NCBI GenBank assembly: GCA_964463505.1
Contig: CAYXDC010000003.1
Span: 10,657-74,656 of the forward strand
DNA: 64,000 nt
Origin: an uncultured Anaerolineaceae bacterium
GTDB lineage: Bacteria; Chloroflexota; Anaerolineae; Anaerolineales; UBA4823
Direction: 5' to 3'
Position 1 is the first letter of the stretch. Each line of letters starts with the position of its first letter. Below are positions 46,926 through 57,100 of this stretch, in pieces. The translations under genes and the position numbers were made by a program. The notes below the pieces were generated by a model. That model made no database searches. It was given only the letters and a program-made list of their open reading frames with translations, and was not told where the DNA came from.

Positions 46926-48275
46926 ATGTCTGAGATATCCAATGAGGAAATTCTATCGCTTTCATTGGAGCACGGTTTCTGGACCTGGTCGGCGCAAGGC
47001 AAGGTCGCACCTATCCCTGTGGAACGCGCCGAGGGGGTCTATTTTTGGGATATAAACGGGAAACGCTATCTCGATTTCAATTCAATGGTGATGTGCGTAA
47101 ACATTGGGCATGGCAACCAGCATGTGATCAATGCGATCATTGAGCAAGCGCGTGCTTTGCCCTTTGCCGGTCCGCCCATGGCAACCCGCCCGCGCGCCAG
47201 GCTGGGCAAATTGCTGTCCGAGATCACGCCCGGCAACCTGGACCGATTTCTATTTACCCTGGGAGGCGCAGATGCCAATGAAAATGCAGTTAAGCTGGCG
47301 CGTGCTTTCACTGGCAAACATAAAATTCTAACTCGTTACCGGTCTTATCATGGCGCTACTGCCGGAGCGATGGCCCTTACTGGTGACCCGCGCCGCCTGG
47401 TGTGGGAGCCAAATCTGATGCCGGGGGTGGTGCATTTCCTCGATCCCTATCGCTACCGGTCCACCTTCCACCGCAATCGCCCGGAAGTTTCGGAGGCAGA
47501 ATTTACCCAGGATTATCTGGCCCATCTGGAAGAAATCATCACTTATGAAGGACCACATACTATAGCTGCCATTTTGATGGAAACCGTGACCGGCACCAAT
47601 GGGATCATCATCCCACCCCAGGGTTATATGCAGGGTGTACGCGAATTGTGTGACCGTTACGGCATTCTGATGATTGCTGATGAAGTGATGAGCGGTTTTG
47701 GTCGCACGGGGAAGTGGTTTGCCATCCAGCATTGGGATGTGACCCCCGATCTGATGACGATGGCCAAAGGATTGACATCCGCCTATGCTCCACTGGGGGC
47801 GGTAGCTATGCGTCCGGAGATTGCTGAATTCTTTAATGAGCGTGTCTATCAAGGTGGTTTGACATACAACTCACACCCGATCTCGCTCGCAGCAGCAGCC
47901 GCCAATATTGAAGTCTTGCGAGATGAGCATTTGGTGGAACACGCCGCAGCGCTTGCGCCGGCGCTTAAGCGCATGCTGACCGATTTAGGCGAGCAACATC
48001 CCTCTGTAGGTGATGTGCGCTCGATTGGTCTGTTTGGGATCATCGAGCTGGTCAAAAACCGGGCTACACGTGAGCCACTCGCCCCATTCAATGGCTCCAG
48101 CCCGGAGATGGTCAGTATTCGCAAATCTCTCCTGGAGCATGGTTTATATATCAGCCCGCACTGGCACACATTGCTGATAATTCCCCCTTTGATTATTACC
48201 GAAGAACAGCTGGCAGAAGGGATGGGGATGATTGATGAAGCGCTGGAGATTGCCGACCGAGTGGTAACCGGTTAA
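46926..48275 (+). CDS. class-III (omega) aminotransferase, PLP-dependent
   Basis: 449 aa with SYHG, LIADEV.SGFGRTGKWF (Lys for PLP) and MAKGLTS motifs. Substrate cannot be read from the sequence. Confidence 0.88.
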   Translation: MSEISNEEILSLSLEHGFWTWSAQGKVAPIPVERAEGVYFWDINGKRYLDFNSMVMCVNIGHGNQHVINAIIEQARALPFAGPPMATRPRARLGKLLSEITPGNLDRFLFTLGGADANENAVKLARAFTGKHKILTRYRSYHGATAGAMALTGDPRRLVWEPNLMPGVVHFLDPYRYRSTFHRNRPEVSEAEFTQDYLAHLEEIITYEGPHTIAAILMETVTGTNGIIIPPQGYMQGVRELCDRYGILMIADEVMSGFGRTGKWFAIQHWDVTPDLMTMAKGLTSAYAPLGAVAMRPEIAEFFNERVYQGGLTYNSHPISLAAAAANIEVLRDEHLVEHAAALAPALKRMLTDLGEQHPSVGDVRSIGLFGIIELVKNRATREPLAPFNGSSPEMVSIRKSLLEHGLYISPHWHTLLIIPPLIITEEQLAEGMGMIDEALEIADRVVTG

Positions 48276-49999
48276 TTCGGGGTGCGTTGCAGACGTTCTT
48301 TTTCTGCTTTGAATATGCGGTTTAGAATGGCGATACTGGCGGCATACGTGGCATCCATACCTGCATAAGAAAGGCTGCGTGCGCCTAGGTTTTTCCCTTT
48401 GCTCAGTGGGGTGTCTGAAGCGTAGTGAATAACGCCAAGATCGAACCCCAGCCCATACAGGTTGACAATTTCGTTGACCGGATGGCGCTGGGGTCGATAC
48501 ATTTCATAGACTGCCGATAAATACGGGCCAGCTTCCATCTCGATATCCGTATATCCTTCCCGGTAAAACACATCCATATAGCGGGCATTTTGCAGAAATG
48601 TACCTTGCACCGTGACAGCTTTCTGGTTGTCCAGGACTGTTCCAATAGAAATAAAGGGCGTCACATCGCCGGCGCTGATGCAATTGGCGAAAAGAAATGT
48701 ATTGTGCGAATGTTCGTCATGCACCACATTCGGGATCATCACATCGCCTACAACGCCATTCAGGGTGGCAGCTTTACCCATTACATACACTCCCAGGACG
48801 GAACCTACTGTTTCGGCTATTTCACTCAGGATTTGATATGCCCCCAATCCAAGTGGGTAGTCCACGTTCAGGATTAAAGCCTGGCTGTTGCGAAACAAAC
48901 CGCGCGCCTCAGGTGTGGCCGCGAGGTGCAGACGAGGATCTAACTGGGCGCACTCCAGGCGGCTAAGGTCCACAACCTGCGCTTCAACATCGAAGAAATT
49001 TTCGCTGGGGATACGCAGGATGCCGCAATCTCGCTCGCGGAGATTCTGCTCCTGAACCTGTTTTTGCCCATCTGCCGTTTGCTGGTATTTTTTCTGGACA
49101 TAATATAGAAAGTTCTGCGGATCGGTGTTCGAGTGCCCCGATTGAATATCCTGCCATTCATTGAGCAAGCCTTTATTGCCTGAGAGCTCCAGATAGCTCA
49201 ATAATTGCTCTTGAATGGAAACTGCCTGGGCGGTGATTAAGTTCAATAGGCTATGCGTATTGCTCGAGACAAAATAAACTGGCCTTTCCCGCAAGCCTGG
49301 GACAGCTCTGACAATTTGATCCCACCAGGCACGCGTGGCGCGGCGGTATTCTGTTAAAGAGCTGCTGAGCAGGCGCACGCGTAAATCGCGTGGATTCTGT
49401 TGAATTTTTTCCAGATTACTCGCAAAGGCCTCATCCCAAATGACCGAAAGCCGGTCGAGATCTTCTTCGGGGATATCCAGGGCATCCAATACCGTTTGGT
49501 AACCATCTGCTGTCCGGCAGAGTTCGGCTACATGCGCCTGCGCAGGCAAGCGCTGCAGGCGTTGGTGAATTTTATTCCACTCTAATTGGTACGCGATCAG
49601 GATGGGGATCAGGTCGTCTATGTCCGAGCGGCTGGAGATCACGCAAGCCAGAATTTCATTGCCATCATAATAGTAGCGTCGCCTGCGTGCGGCAGCACCT
49701 ACAGGTTGCCATTCCTGTACATTCCCAAAGCCGGTGGCGTTAAAGACAGCTTTGCCCTGGCCCATGACGACCAGGCGTGTATCTGCAATCTCTGGAGGCA
49801 GGCGCAGCAGTCCGTAGATAAAGGCCGACATATCCGGTTCGGGAGCGCGCGCTGCAGGATGGAGCAGGGAATTCATCCCGGCGTGAACTTCTTCCAGGGT
49901 GCGTATTCGCACCTCGCCCGTTGAACGCAGCAACGAATAATAGGTGCGTTGGTAGAGATCAATGCTTTCCGATTCGGTCGTCGGTACAGTACGTTCCAT
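48272..49999 (-). CDS. two-part protein: unrecognised N-terminal region (about 370 aa) plus AMP-nucleosidase/PNP-UDP-phosphorylase-like C-terminal domain
   Basis: The C-terminal LILNVDYPLG..VYVMGKAATLNGVVGDVMIP..DIEMEAGPYL..YASDTPLSKGKNL parallels E. coli Amn (LVNIGVGPSN..MIGHCGGL..GDYVL..AIDMESATIA..CVSDKPLHGE, from memory). Confidence 0.6.
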   Translation of the reverse strand: MERTVPTTESESIDLYQRTYYSLLRSTGEVRIRTLEEVHAGMNSLLHPAARAPEPDMSAFIYGLLRLPPEIADTRLVVMGQGKAVFNATGFGNVQEWQPVGAAARRRRYYYDGNEILACVISSRSDIDDLIPILIAYQLEWNKIHQRLQRLPAQAHVAELCRTADGYQTVLDALDIPEEDLDRLSVIWDEAFASNLEKIQQNPRDLRVRLLSSSLTEYRRATRAWWDQIVRAVPGLRERPVYFVSSNTHSLLNLITAQAVSIQEQLLSYLELSGNKGLLNEWQDIQSGHSNTDPQNFLYYVQKKYQQTADGQKQVQEQNLRERDCGILRIPSENFFDVEAQVVDLSRLECAQLDPRLHLAATPEARGLFRNSQALILNVDYPLGLGAYQILSEIAETVGSVLGVYVMGKAATLNGVVGDVMIPNVVHDEHSHNTFLFANCISAGDVTPFISIGTVLDNQKAVTVQGTFLQNARYMDVFYREGYTDIEMEAGPYLSAVYEMYRPQRHPVNEIVNLYGLGFDLGVIHYASDTPLSKGKNLGARSLSYAGMDATYAASIAILNRIFKAEKERLQRTPN

Positions 50000-50017
50000 A
50001 AATAGGTCTGTAGAATC

Positions 50018-50431
50018 TTAGCGGTGTCTGCCGGTGCGTTGTTGGGGACGGCTCTGGGGGCGCGAGCGGATTGGTTTAGCATCCAGTGGACCCAGGGGAT
50101 CGGGATTCACCAGCCGGTAGAAAATGGCATAGAGGAAGCTGAGTAAAGCAAAGCCAATAAAGGAAAGCAATATGGTGACGATTAAGGTTGCCACCAGATG
50201 ATCTACCACTCCCAAAAAGGGTAGCGTAATAGATTGCATTAGCTCAGCCGGCATGGGGACCCACCGCTTTTCGATATTTGCCTGGATTAGCAAGATTGCC
50301 CCAGCATATGCCATAATCGGGATCAGTAGCATCAGAATGCAGCCGATGCCGCGCCAGACTGGGTGAATCGTCCACGGACGTTGATCCAGGGGTGTGCGGC
50401 GGTTAAAAGAAGAATATTTAGCCATGACCAA
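50018..50431 (-). CDS. hypothetical small membrane protein (2 TM, basic C-tail)
   Basis: Start overlaps the stop of the FAD/2Fe-2S gene by 14 nt (8 nt if ATG 50425 is used). The next gene begins 18 nt after its stop. Confidence 0.5.
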   Translation of the reverse strand: MVMAKYSSFNRRTPLDQRPWTIHPVWRGIGCILMLLIPIMAYAGAILLIQANIEKRWVPMPAELMQSITLPFLGVVDHLVATLIVTILLSFIGFALLSFLYAIFYRLVNPDPLGPLDAKPIRSRPQSRPQQRTGRHR

Positions 50432-51869
50432 CCTCCATGTGACTGGCGCGTTCGATCGCTTCGATTATCTGGTAATAACCGGTACAACGACATAAGTTAC
50501 CGGTGATGGCGTCTTTGATTTCTTCTGTGCTGGGATGTGGATGCTCTTCCAACAGTTTGGCTGCCGACATGATAAATCCAGGTGTGCAATATCCACATTG
50601 GACTGCCCCTGTTTCTAGGAAGGCTTGTTGTACCGGGTGCAGGTGCTCGCCATCCGCCAGCCCTTCGATGGTGACAATTTCTGCCAGGTGTGCGCGGGCT
50701 GCCGGCACCAGACAGCTCATCACCGCCATCCCATCCAGGAATACGGTGCAGGCGCCACATTCTCCCTCAGCGCAGCCTTCCTTCGTACCAATTAAGCCGG
50801 CTTCCTCGCGTAATAAGCGTAATAGGGTTTTACTATGCCCACTCTCAAAGGTATAGGTTTTGCCATTAATTGTCGTAATGATGGGTGTACCCGTCTCATG
50901 GCAGGCCTGTTCGGAAAGAGGATGCGTTTCTGCATAAGAATCTTTGCCCCACAGGAATACGGGTTGTTCAGGCAATGCTTGCTTTTCCGTGTGAGCTTCG
51001 ATTTGGCGTAAGGCGCGCAATACACAGACGCGCACCATTTCATGCCGGTAAGCTGCTGAGCTTCGTACATCGTCGATGGGAGTGGCGCTCTGCATGGCTA
51101 ACTCAGCGGCCTGCTCGATGGTCGCGGGGTCGAGTTTGCGCCCGATTAAATAGGCTTCTGCATTTTGGGCGTGGATAATCGTGGGCGCAACAGCCCCCAG
51201 CGTGATTACGGCCTCTTTGATGGTATAGCCAGCCTCTTCATTTCCGCTTGAAGGCTCAAATGTGGTGATAACGGCTGCATTGACAACAGAAATGGCCTGT
51301 GCGCGGCGCAAACCTAACTTGATAAAGGTACCGCGCTGTTGACCAGTCAGGCCCGGAAAAGCAATATCCACCAACATCTCGTCCGGTTGCATCACGGTCT
51401 TGCGCACGCCTTTGTAAAACTCAGCCATCGGGATCACACGCTCACCACGGTTGGATCGCAATGTTATTTTTGCTCCCAATGTCATCAGGGGAGTGATCGT
51501 ATCATTTGCCGGTGAAGCTGTGATTAGATTCCCGGCGACCGTGCCTCGATTGCGAATTTGGGGGGCGCCAACTTCCCAGGCAGCTAATGCCAGTGGAAAA
51601 GCGCGCTCACGGATCAGCTTGGAAGCCACACAGTGGTTGTGGGTCACCAATGGACCAAGATGGATGGTTTCGTCTTCGTCCATGGTAATTTGATCTAATC
51701 CCGGGATGCGCGTTACATCAACCAGTGTATCAATACCTTTGCGCACACCGCGTTCTAGCTCTAATATCAAATCCGTTGCCCCGGCAATGATGCGGGCTTT
51801 CTCCCCTTGCTGAGCTAGAATTTCCAGAACCTGCTCAAGGCTGGTTGCATTGATGTATTCACGCCACAT
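50418..51869 (-). CDS. xanthine dehydrogenase-family FAD-binding subunit fused to a [2Fe-2S] subunit
   Basis: N-terminal CoxM/XdhB-like part (IIAGATDLILELE, GTVAGNLITASPANDT). C-terminal 2Fe-2S part (GCAEGECGACTV, CGYCTPG, CRCTGY). Confidence 0.9.
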   Translation of the reverse strand: MWREYINATSLEQVLEILAQQGEKARIIAGATDLILELERGVRKGIDTLVDVTRIPGLDQITMDEDETIHLGPLVTHNHCVASKLIRERAFPLALAAWEVGAPQIRNRGTVAGNLITASPANDTITPLMTLGAKITLRSNRGERVIPMAEFYKGVRKTVMQPDEMLVDIAFPGLTGQQRGTFIKLGLRRAQAISVVNAAVITTFEPSSGNEEAGYTIKEAVITLGAVAPTIIHAQNAEAYLIGRKLDPATIEQAAELAMQSATPIDDVRSSAAYRHEMVRVCVLRALRQIEAHTEKQALPEQPVFLWGKDSYAETHPLSEQACHETGTPIITTINGKTYTFESGHSKTLLRLLREEAGLIGTKEGCAEGECGACTVFLDGMAVMSCLVPAARAHLAEIVTIEGLADGEHLHPVQQAFLETGAVQCGYCTPGFIMSAAKLLEEHPHPSTEEIKDAITGNLCRCTGYYQIIEAIERASHMEVGHG

Positions 51870-51941
51870 GAGTTACTCCATCTGTTAAAGATTTCTGCTA
51901 ATTTTATAGGGCAATCGATCAACATCTCTGAGCGCCCAAAA

Positions 51942-52763
51942 TTATTTTGATGTGGATTTGCTACGACTTGTTTTTGATACATGCATTACCTGTCCATCTC
52001 CACCCTGTCGTAGCATGATGATCTCTGCCAGAATGCTCACCGCAATTTCTTCAGGCGTTTCTGCATTCAACTCCAGGCCCATGGGTGAATGTACGCGACT
52101 GATTTCAGCTTCTGTAACTCCACTCTCCAAAAGCATTTGTCGGGTTGTGGCCCAGCGTCTCTGCGAGCCGATCACACCAATATAGGCTGCGGGTGTCGCC
52201 AACAGGGCGGGTAAGCCAGCGATATCTACCAGTGTCCCGCGGGTGGTTAGCACCAGATAAGTCCAGGGGGTGATATCAAGCTCTTTGGGTAATTCCTCTA
52301 TGGTTGTTGGTATATAGATATCTGCTTCTGGTACCGCCTCAGGGGTACAAAATTCGGGCCGGTCATCATTGACGACTAACCGGAATCCCAACCATTGTGC
52401 CAGATGTGCCACTGCTTTCCCCACATGCCCACTGCCGATCACCACCAGGGTGGGTTTAGGTTGCACCGGTTCCACAAAAACCTCCACTTGCCCGCCGCAT
52501 ACGCCTGGGTCGCCGCGTTCTGGGTCAGACATACTGTATTCCAGGCGGCGCGGCTTGCCATCCAAAATTGCTGCCAGGGCTTCTTTGATGACACGGTTTT
52601 CTAGCTCGCCGCCGCCCACTGTGCCAGCAATGCGCCCGTCTGGGTACACCAGCATTTTGCTGCCAGTATGGCGTGGTGTGGAGCCCTGGCTGCTGATAAT
52701 CGTGCATAAGGCCCCAGCCTGGTTATTGGCCTCCAGATTTGCAAGCGCCTGGAACAAGGACAT
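51942..52763 (-). CDS. xdhC: XdhC/CoxI family Moco-insertion accessory protein
   Basis: ALCTIISSQGSTPRHTGSKMLVYPDGRIAGTVGGGELE and the Rossmann-like LVVIGSGHVG. Confidence 0.85.
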   Translation of the reverse strand: MSLFQALANLEANNQAGALCTIISSQGSTPRHTGSKMLVYPDGRIAGTVGGGELENRVIKEALAAILDGKPRRLEYSMSDPERGDPGVCGGQVEVFVEPVQPKPTLVVIGSGHVGKAVAHLAQWLGFRLVVNDDRPEFCTPEAVPEADIYIPTTIEELPKELDITPWTYLVLTTRGTLVDIAGLPALLATPAAYIGVIGSQRRWATTRQMLLESGVTEAEISRVHSPMGLELNAETPEEIAVSILAEIIMLRQGGDGQVMHVSKTSRSKSTSK

Positions 52764-52764
52764 G

Positions 52765-54108
52765 CTATCCCTCCAACAAACCCAGCACGACTGGTAGTAA
52801 CTGTTTCTTGCGCGAGACTACGCCTTCTGCCAGGCGCGTGCCATCGGACTGGAGCGGGTAGGGCAGTCCACCCAGGAGTGGTGGTTCATTAGTCAAGATC
52901 AGCCGGCTTGAGCCGCTGACAACATCGGTAACCATCAACATGGCAAAATCCAGGGCGCGCCGGTCACGCAATTGCAGCAGGGCTTTGCTCAAACCTTCCA
53001 GGTGTTCGTCTAGCTGTAAGAGATCGGTTACTTCTACCTGGGCGATGGCAAAACGCAAACCGCCTGCCTCATATTGTTTTAAGTCGCTGCTGACGATCTC
53101 TTCCGGATTGCGGGTCGCCAGACCTGTACCAGAACGCAGAACTTGCTGCCCATAAGACTCGATCGTTTCGCCGCGCAACGGGCTGTTGATCACAAACGAC
53201 CAGCGCGCCAAACGATTGGCAGCTTCTTGATCGCGCGGTGTGCAGGTCGGCGAGGTGAAGATTAATGTATCGGATAGCAAACCAGCCAGGAGCATCCCCG
53301 CCAATGCGGGCGGTGCGCTTAATCCGGCCTCCTCAATCCGTTCTGTGACTAACGTACTGGTAGAGCCGACAATATCCACGGTGAATTTTATCGGGGTATG
53401 TGTGGATGAATTGCCCAGGCGATGATGATCCAGGATTTCCAATACTTCAGCTTCTTCCAGCGCGCTTACCGCTTGACGCGGCTCGTTGTGATCCACCATG
53501 ACAATCTGCATCCGAGGGGGATTGAGTGCCTCCCGCTGCCGGCAGACTCCCATATATTGTCCTGCTTCATCTACGATGAGAAAGTCTTCGTACTCATCGC
53601 GCAAAATGCGATTCAGAGAATCACGGATGCGGCTGTTACTGATAAATTTTGGAACTTTCGTGTTAGCAGCTTGCTCGCAAGGTGTGTCAAGAATTTCAGA
53701 GATGCGCATTTCTTGCCGGTTGGCATGCGTCCCGATCAGAGTGCTGATATAGGCGAAAAGACTGGTGCCGTTAACCAATCCGAAGGGTGTGCCGTCTTCA
53801 TTGATCACAGGAGCAACGCCCCAGGTACGTGAGGCGATATTCCAGGCCTCGCGTAACGGTTGGTCAGGAGAAGTCGTAGCCAGACGCCGTGTGACCGACT
53901 CAAACCGTGGGGAAGCGTCATTAAGCAGTAAAGGCGGCTCCAGCCCCAGGTTTTTTAACACCCAGGCAGTCTGTGGGTTGATAGCACCGGCACGAGCAGC
54001 AACAACATCTGCTCCATCTCGTTCTCGCAATAACCAGGCATAACCCATCGCCGAAGCAATGGAATCTGTATCTGGGTTAACATGACCAATCACGTAAATC
54101 GTACTCAT
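52765..54108 (-). CDS. DHH-CBS-DHHA2 protein, putative CBS-regulated family II inorganic pyrophosphatase
   Basis: VIGHVNPDTDSIASAMGYAWL, a CBS-pair-like insert, then VMVDHNE and LDHHRLG. 1-nt gap to xdhC. Confidence 0.78.
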   Translation of the reverse strand: MSTIYVIGHVNPDTDSIASAMGYAWLLRERDGADVVAARAGAINPQTAWVLKNLGLEPPLLLNDASPRFESVTRRLATTSPDQPLREAWNIASRTWGVAPVINEDGTPFGLVNGTSLFAYISTLIGTHANRQEMRISEILDTPCEQAANTKVPKFISNSRIRDSLNRILRDEYEDFLIVDEAGQYMGVCRQREALNPPRMQIVMVDHNEPRQAVSALEEAEVLEILDHHRLGNSSTHTPIKFTVDIVGSTSTLVTERIEEAGLSAPPALAGMLLAGLLSDTLIFTSPTCTPRDQEAANRLARWSFVINSPLRGETIESYGQQVLRSGTGLATRNPEEIVSSDLKQYEAGGLRFAIAQVEVTDLLQLDEHLEGLSKALLQLRDRRALDFAMLMVTDVVSGSSRLILTNEPPLLGGLPYPLQSDGTRLAEGVVSRKKQLLPVVLGLLEG

Positions 54109-54155
54109 AATGAGGCGTTTCTCCGTCGCTCAGTTGTAGGTTGTCATCAAGTAGT

Positions 54156-57100
54156 CTAGGTTGTTTGTAGTGCCCGCCAAATTTTTTCCGGGGTAATGGG
54201 GTTGGCATCGATATCTACCCCACACGCGTCTCTCAGTGCATTCCCGACTGCTGGCGCGACCCCATCCATAGGAATTTCAGCTACAGCTTTCACTCCAAAA
54301 GGATGGGAAGGCTCAAACGTCTCTACGAAGATCGTATCCAGTTGGGGCATCTCGTTAGCCTGAAAGATATGATAGTCGCGGAGATTGCGCTCGCGTGCTT
54401 GCCCGGCCTCATCATACCGCATTTCTTCACAGACTGCATACCCAAGCGCCTGGGTCATTCCCCCTTCGATTTGTCCTGAGGCGGTGATTGGGTTGACGAT
54501 GGTGCCCGAGTCAACCGCCATCACCAGGCGATCTACCGTAAGCTGGCCTGTCTTAATATCCACGGTCACTTCGGCAAATTGGGCTGCAAAGGGTGGCGGG
54601 GCAACCGGTGAAACAAAGGATCCAACGCCCATAATCTGTTCTTGATCCTCATGATGCATGGCATTGTATCCGATTTCTGCCAGGCTCACCCAGCGCCCAT
54701 CGGGGCTGATTGCTTTGCGCTCGCGCAACAGGATGTCGTTGGCCTCCAGAACAGGACCATCGGATCCGGCACGCTCGTTCAGCAGGCGTGCCCCACGAGC
54801 ACGAATGCGCTCTGCGCAGGCCTGAGCCGCACGTACCACTGCCGTACCTGAGATATAAGTCGTGCTGGAAGCGTAGGCGCCTTTGTCGAAGGGAGTGAAA
54901 TCGGTATCCGATGAGTAAACCACCAGATCTTCGGTGGGCACGCCGAGTACTTCGGCAGCCATCTGAGCCAGGACCGTATCGGATCCGGTGCCCAGATCGG
55001 TTGCGCCAATCAACAGGTTAAAAGAACCATCTTCGTTCATCTTGATGCTGGCCCCGCCCATGTCCAGATACGGGATGGCGGTGCCTTGCATAACCAGAGC
55101 CACACCGATCCCGCGCCGTAGATACGGGTGGGCTTGTCCGTCTGAGCTGCTGAACTGATGCCAATTGGGGTTGCTGAATTTCTGGTCCCATCCGATTACA
55201 GCTTTGCCCTGGCGCACACATTCCTCCAAACCATTGGTCTGGATTGTCTCTGGGCGCGGCTCGCGCCCTTCACTCCAGGCTGTGCTGAAGGGGTGCAGCT
55301 CGCCTGCACGCAAGGCATTTTTTAGACGAAACTCGATTGGGTCCAATCCGAGGGTGCGGGCAATCTTTTCCATATGGCGTTCCACAGGCCAGAAACCCTG
55401 CGGCACGCCATACCCACGAAATGCCCCGGCAGGTGGGTGGTTGGTGTAAACCACGTCAGCATAGAAACGAATATTGGGAGATTGACGGTACACACCATCC
55501 CCGACATAGAGCGCCATCGCTTTGTGCCCGGTGTTGCCAGTCACGGTCAGGGCATGGCAGCCATAAGCCCCGGTATCACTCAGCGCATACATGGCATTGG
55601 CGGTGATGGTGCCATCGCGCTTCACACCGGTAACCATACGGATGCGCATGGGATGGCGCGAGCGGGCGGCGATGAATTCTTGCTCGCGTGTATATTCAAA
55701 ATAAACCGGGCGTCCGGTGGCGATCGTCAAATGGGCGGCAACATCTTCGATGAGCACTTCCTGTTTGCCACCGAAGCCACCACCAATACGCGGCTTGATC
55801 ACCCGAATGCGTTTGATCGGCAGACCAAGCACGGGGGCTAATTGCCGGCGAACATGGAAGGGCACCTGCGTACTGGTACGGATCACGAGCCGGTCATCCT
55901 CATCCCAATAAGTAATCACTACATGCGGCTCAATATGGGCCTGTTGGACTTTGGGAACTTCATACTCAGCTTCGAAGATCTGGTCGGCTTCTGCCAGACC
56001 TCTTTCTACATCACCGATATCAATATGGATGCGCGCCGCCAGGTTCAGGCTGGCATCCGAATCGGCGAAGTTGACAAATTCTGGCTCGTCATGCAGGCGT
56101 GGTGCATCGGGTTGCTGCGCCTGGGCCGGGTCGAACAATGCGGGTAAGACTTCGTAGTCCACTACGATCAGTTTTAATGCCTGCTCAGCGATATCTTCCG
56201 TCTCCGCAGCTACAAAGGCTACCCGGTCACCAACAAAGCGTACTTTATGGTCCAGTGAAAAGCTGTCCAATGGGCCAGGTATTGGATCGGATTGACCGGC
56301 GGTCGAATAGGCCACGCGCGGGATATCTTGCCAGGTCAGTACGGCGGCTACGCCGGGGACAGCGCGCGCCACTGAAACATCGATATGGCGGATGCGCGCA
56401 TGTGCATGTGGGCTGTGCAGCACTTTGGCGATCAGCATCCCTCGGCGCTCAAAATCGGCTGTAAAGGCAGGCTTGCCTTGCACCAGTTTAACGGCATCAA
56501 CTTTTAATTCGGGTTTGCCTACCTGCTGCCAGGTTTTGCTCGCTGAGCTTACCCAAATGCGTGGCATGATGGATGTGCGTGTGGGTGCGGATGCACCTGG
56601 CAAACCGCTCTCTGTTAGAGGCTCATCCTCACCAGGTCTCGGTTGCCAGCTCTCTGGGGCTGGAATAGCTAACTCCGGGGGAGGATTGCCAATTGGTTCC
56701 ACATCTTCCCCTCGTAGAACTGCTGCCGCTCGTAAAACCGCCTGCACGGGTTTGAGATAACCGGTGCAACGACACAGCACGCCAGAAAGCGCTTCGCGTA
56801 CCTCGGCTTCAGTAGGATCGGGATTATTCTCTAGCAAAGTCTGGGCGGCCAGGATCTGGGCCGGTGTGCAGTAACCGCATTGGATGGCGCCGGTTTCGAC
56901 AAAAGCCTGTTGCAGTGGGTGCAGACCGGGGGTTGTCCTCCAACCTTGCTCGGGATGCTCTCCCAGTGCTTCGATCGTCTTGATCGTATGTCCTTCAGCC
57001 TGGGCAGCCAGTAGGACACAGGAATTGGTTGGTTTTCCATCAATCAATACTGCACAGGCGCCGCACTCGCCGGTTTCACAACCATGCTTGACCCCAAAAT

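Noticed and set aside
47328-47852. 174-aa minus-strand ORF
   Set aside because: It is antisense to the aminotransferase gene, which has clear PLP-enzyme motifs. No independent support.
55374-55841. 155-aa plus-strand ORF, with several similar ORFs between 54385 and 57102
   Set aside because: All are antisense to the 1012-aa 2Fe2S-Moco gene. No motifs.
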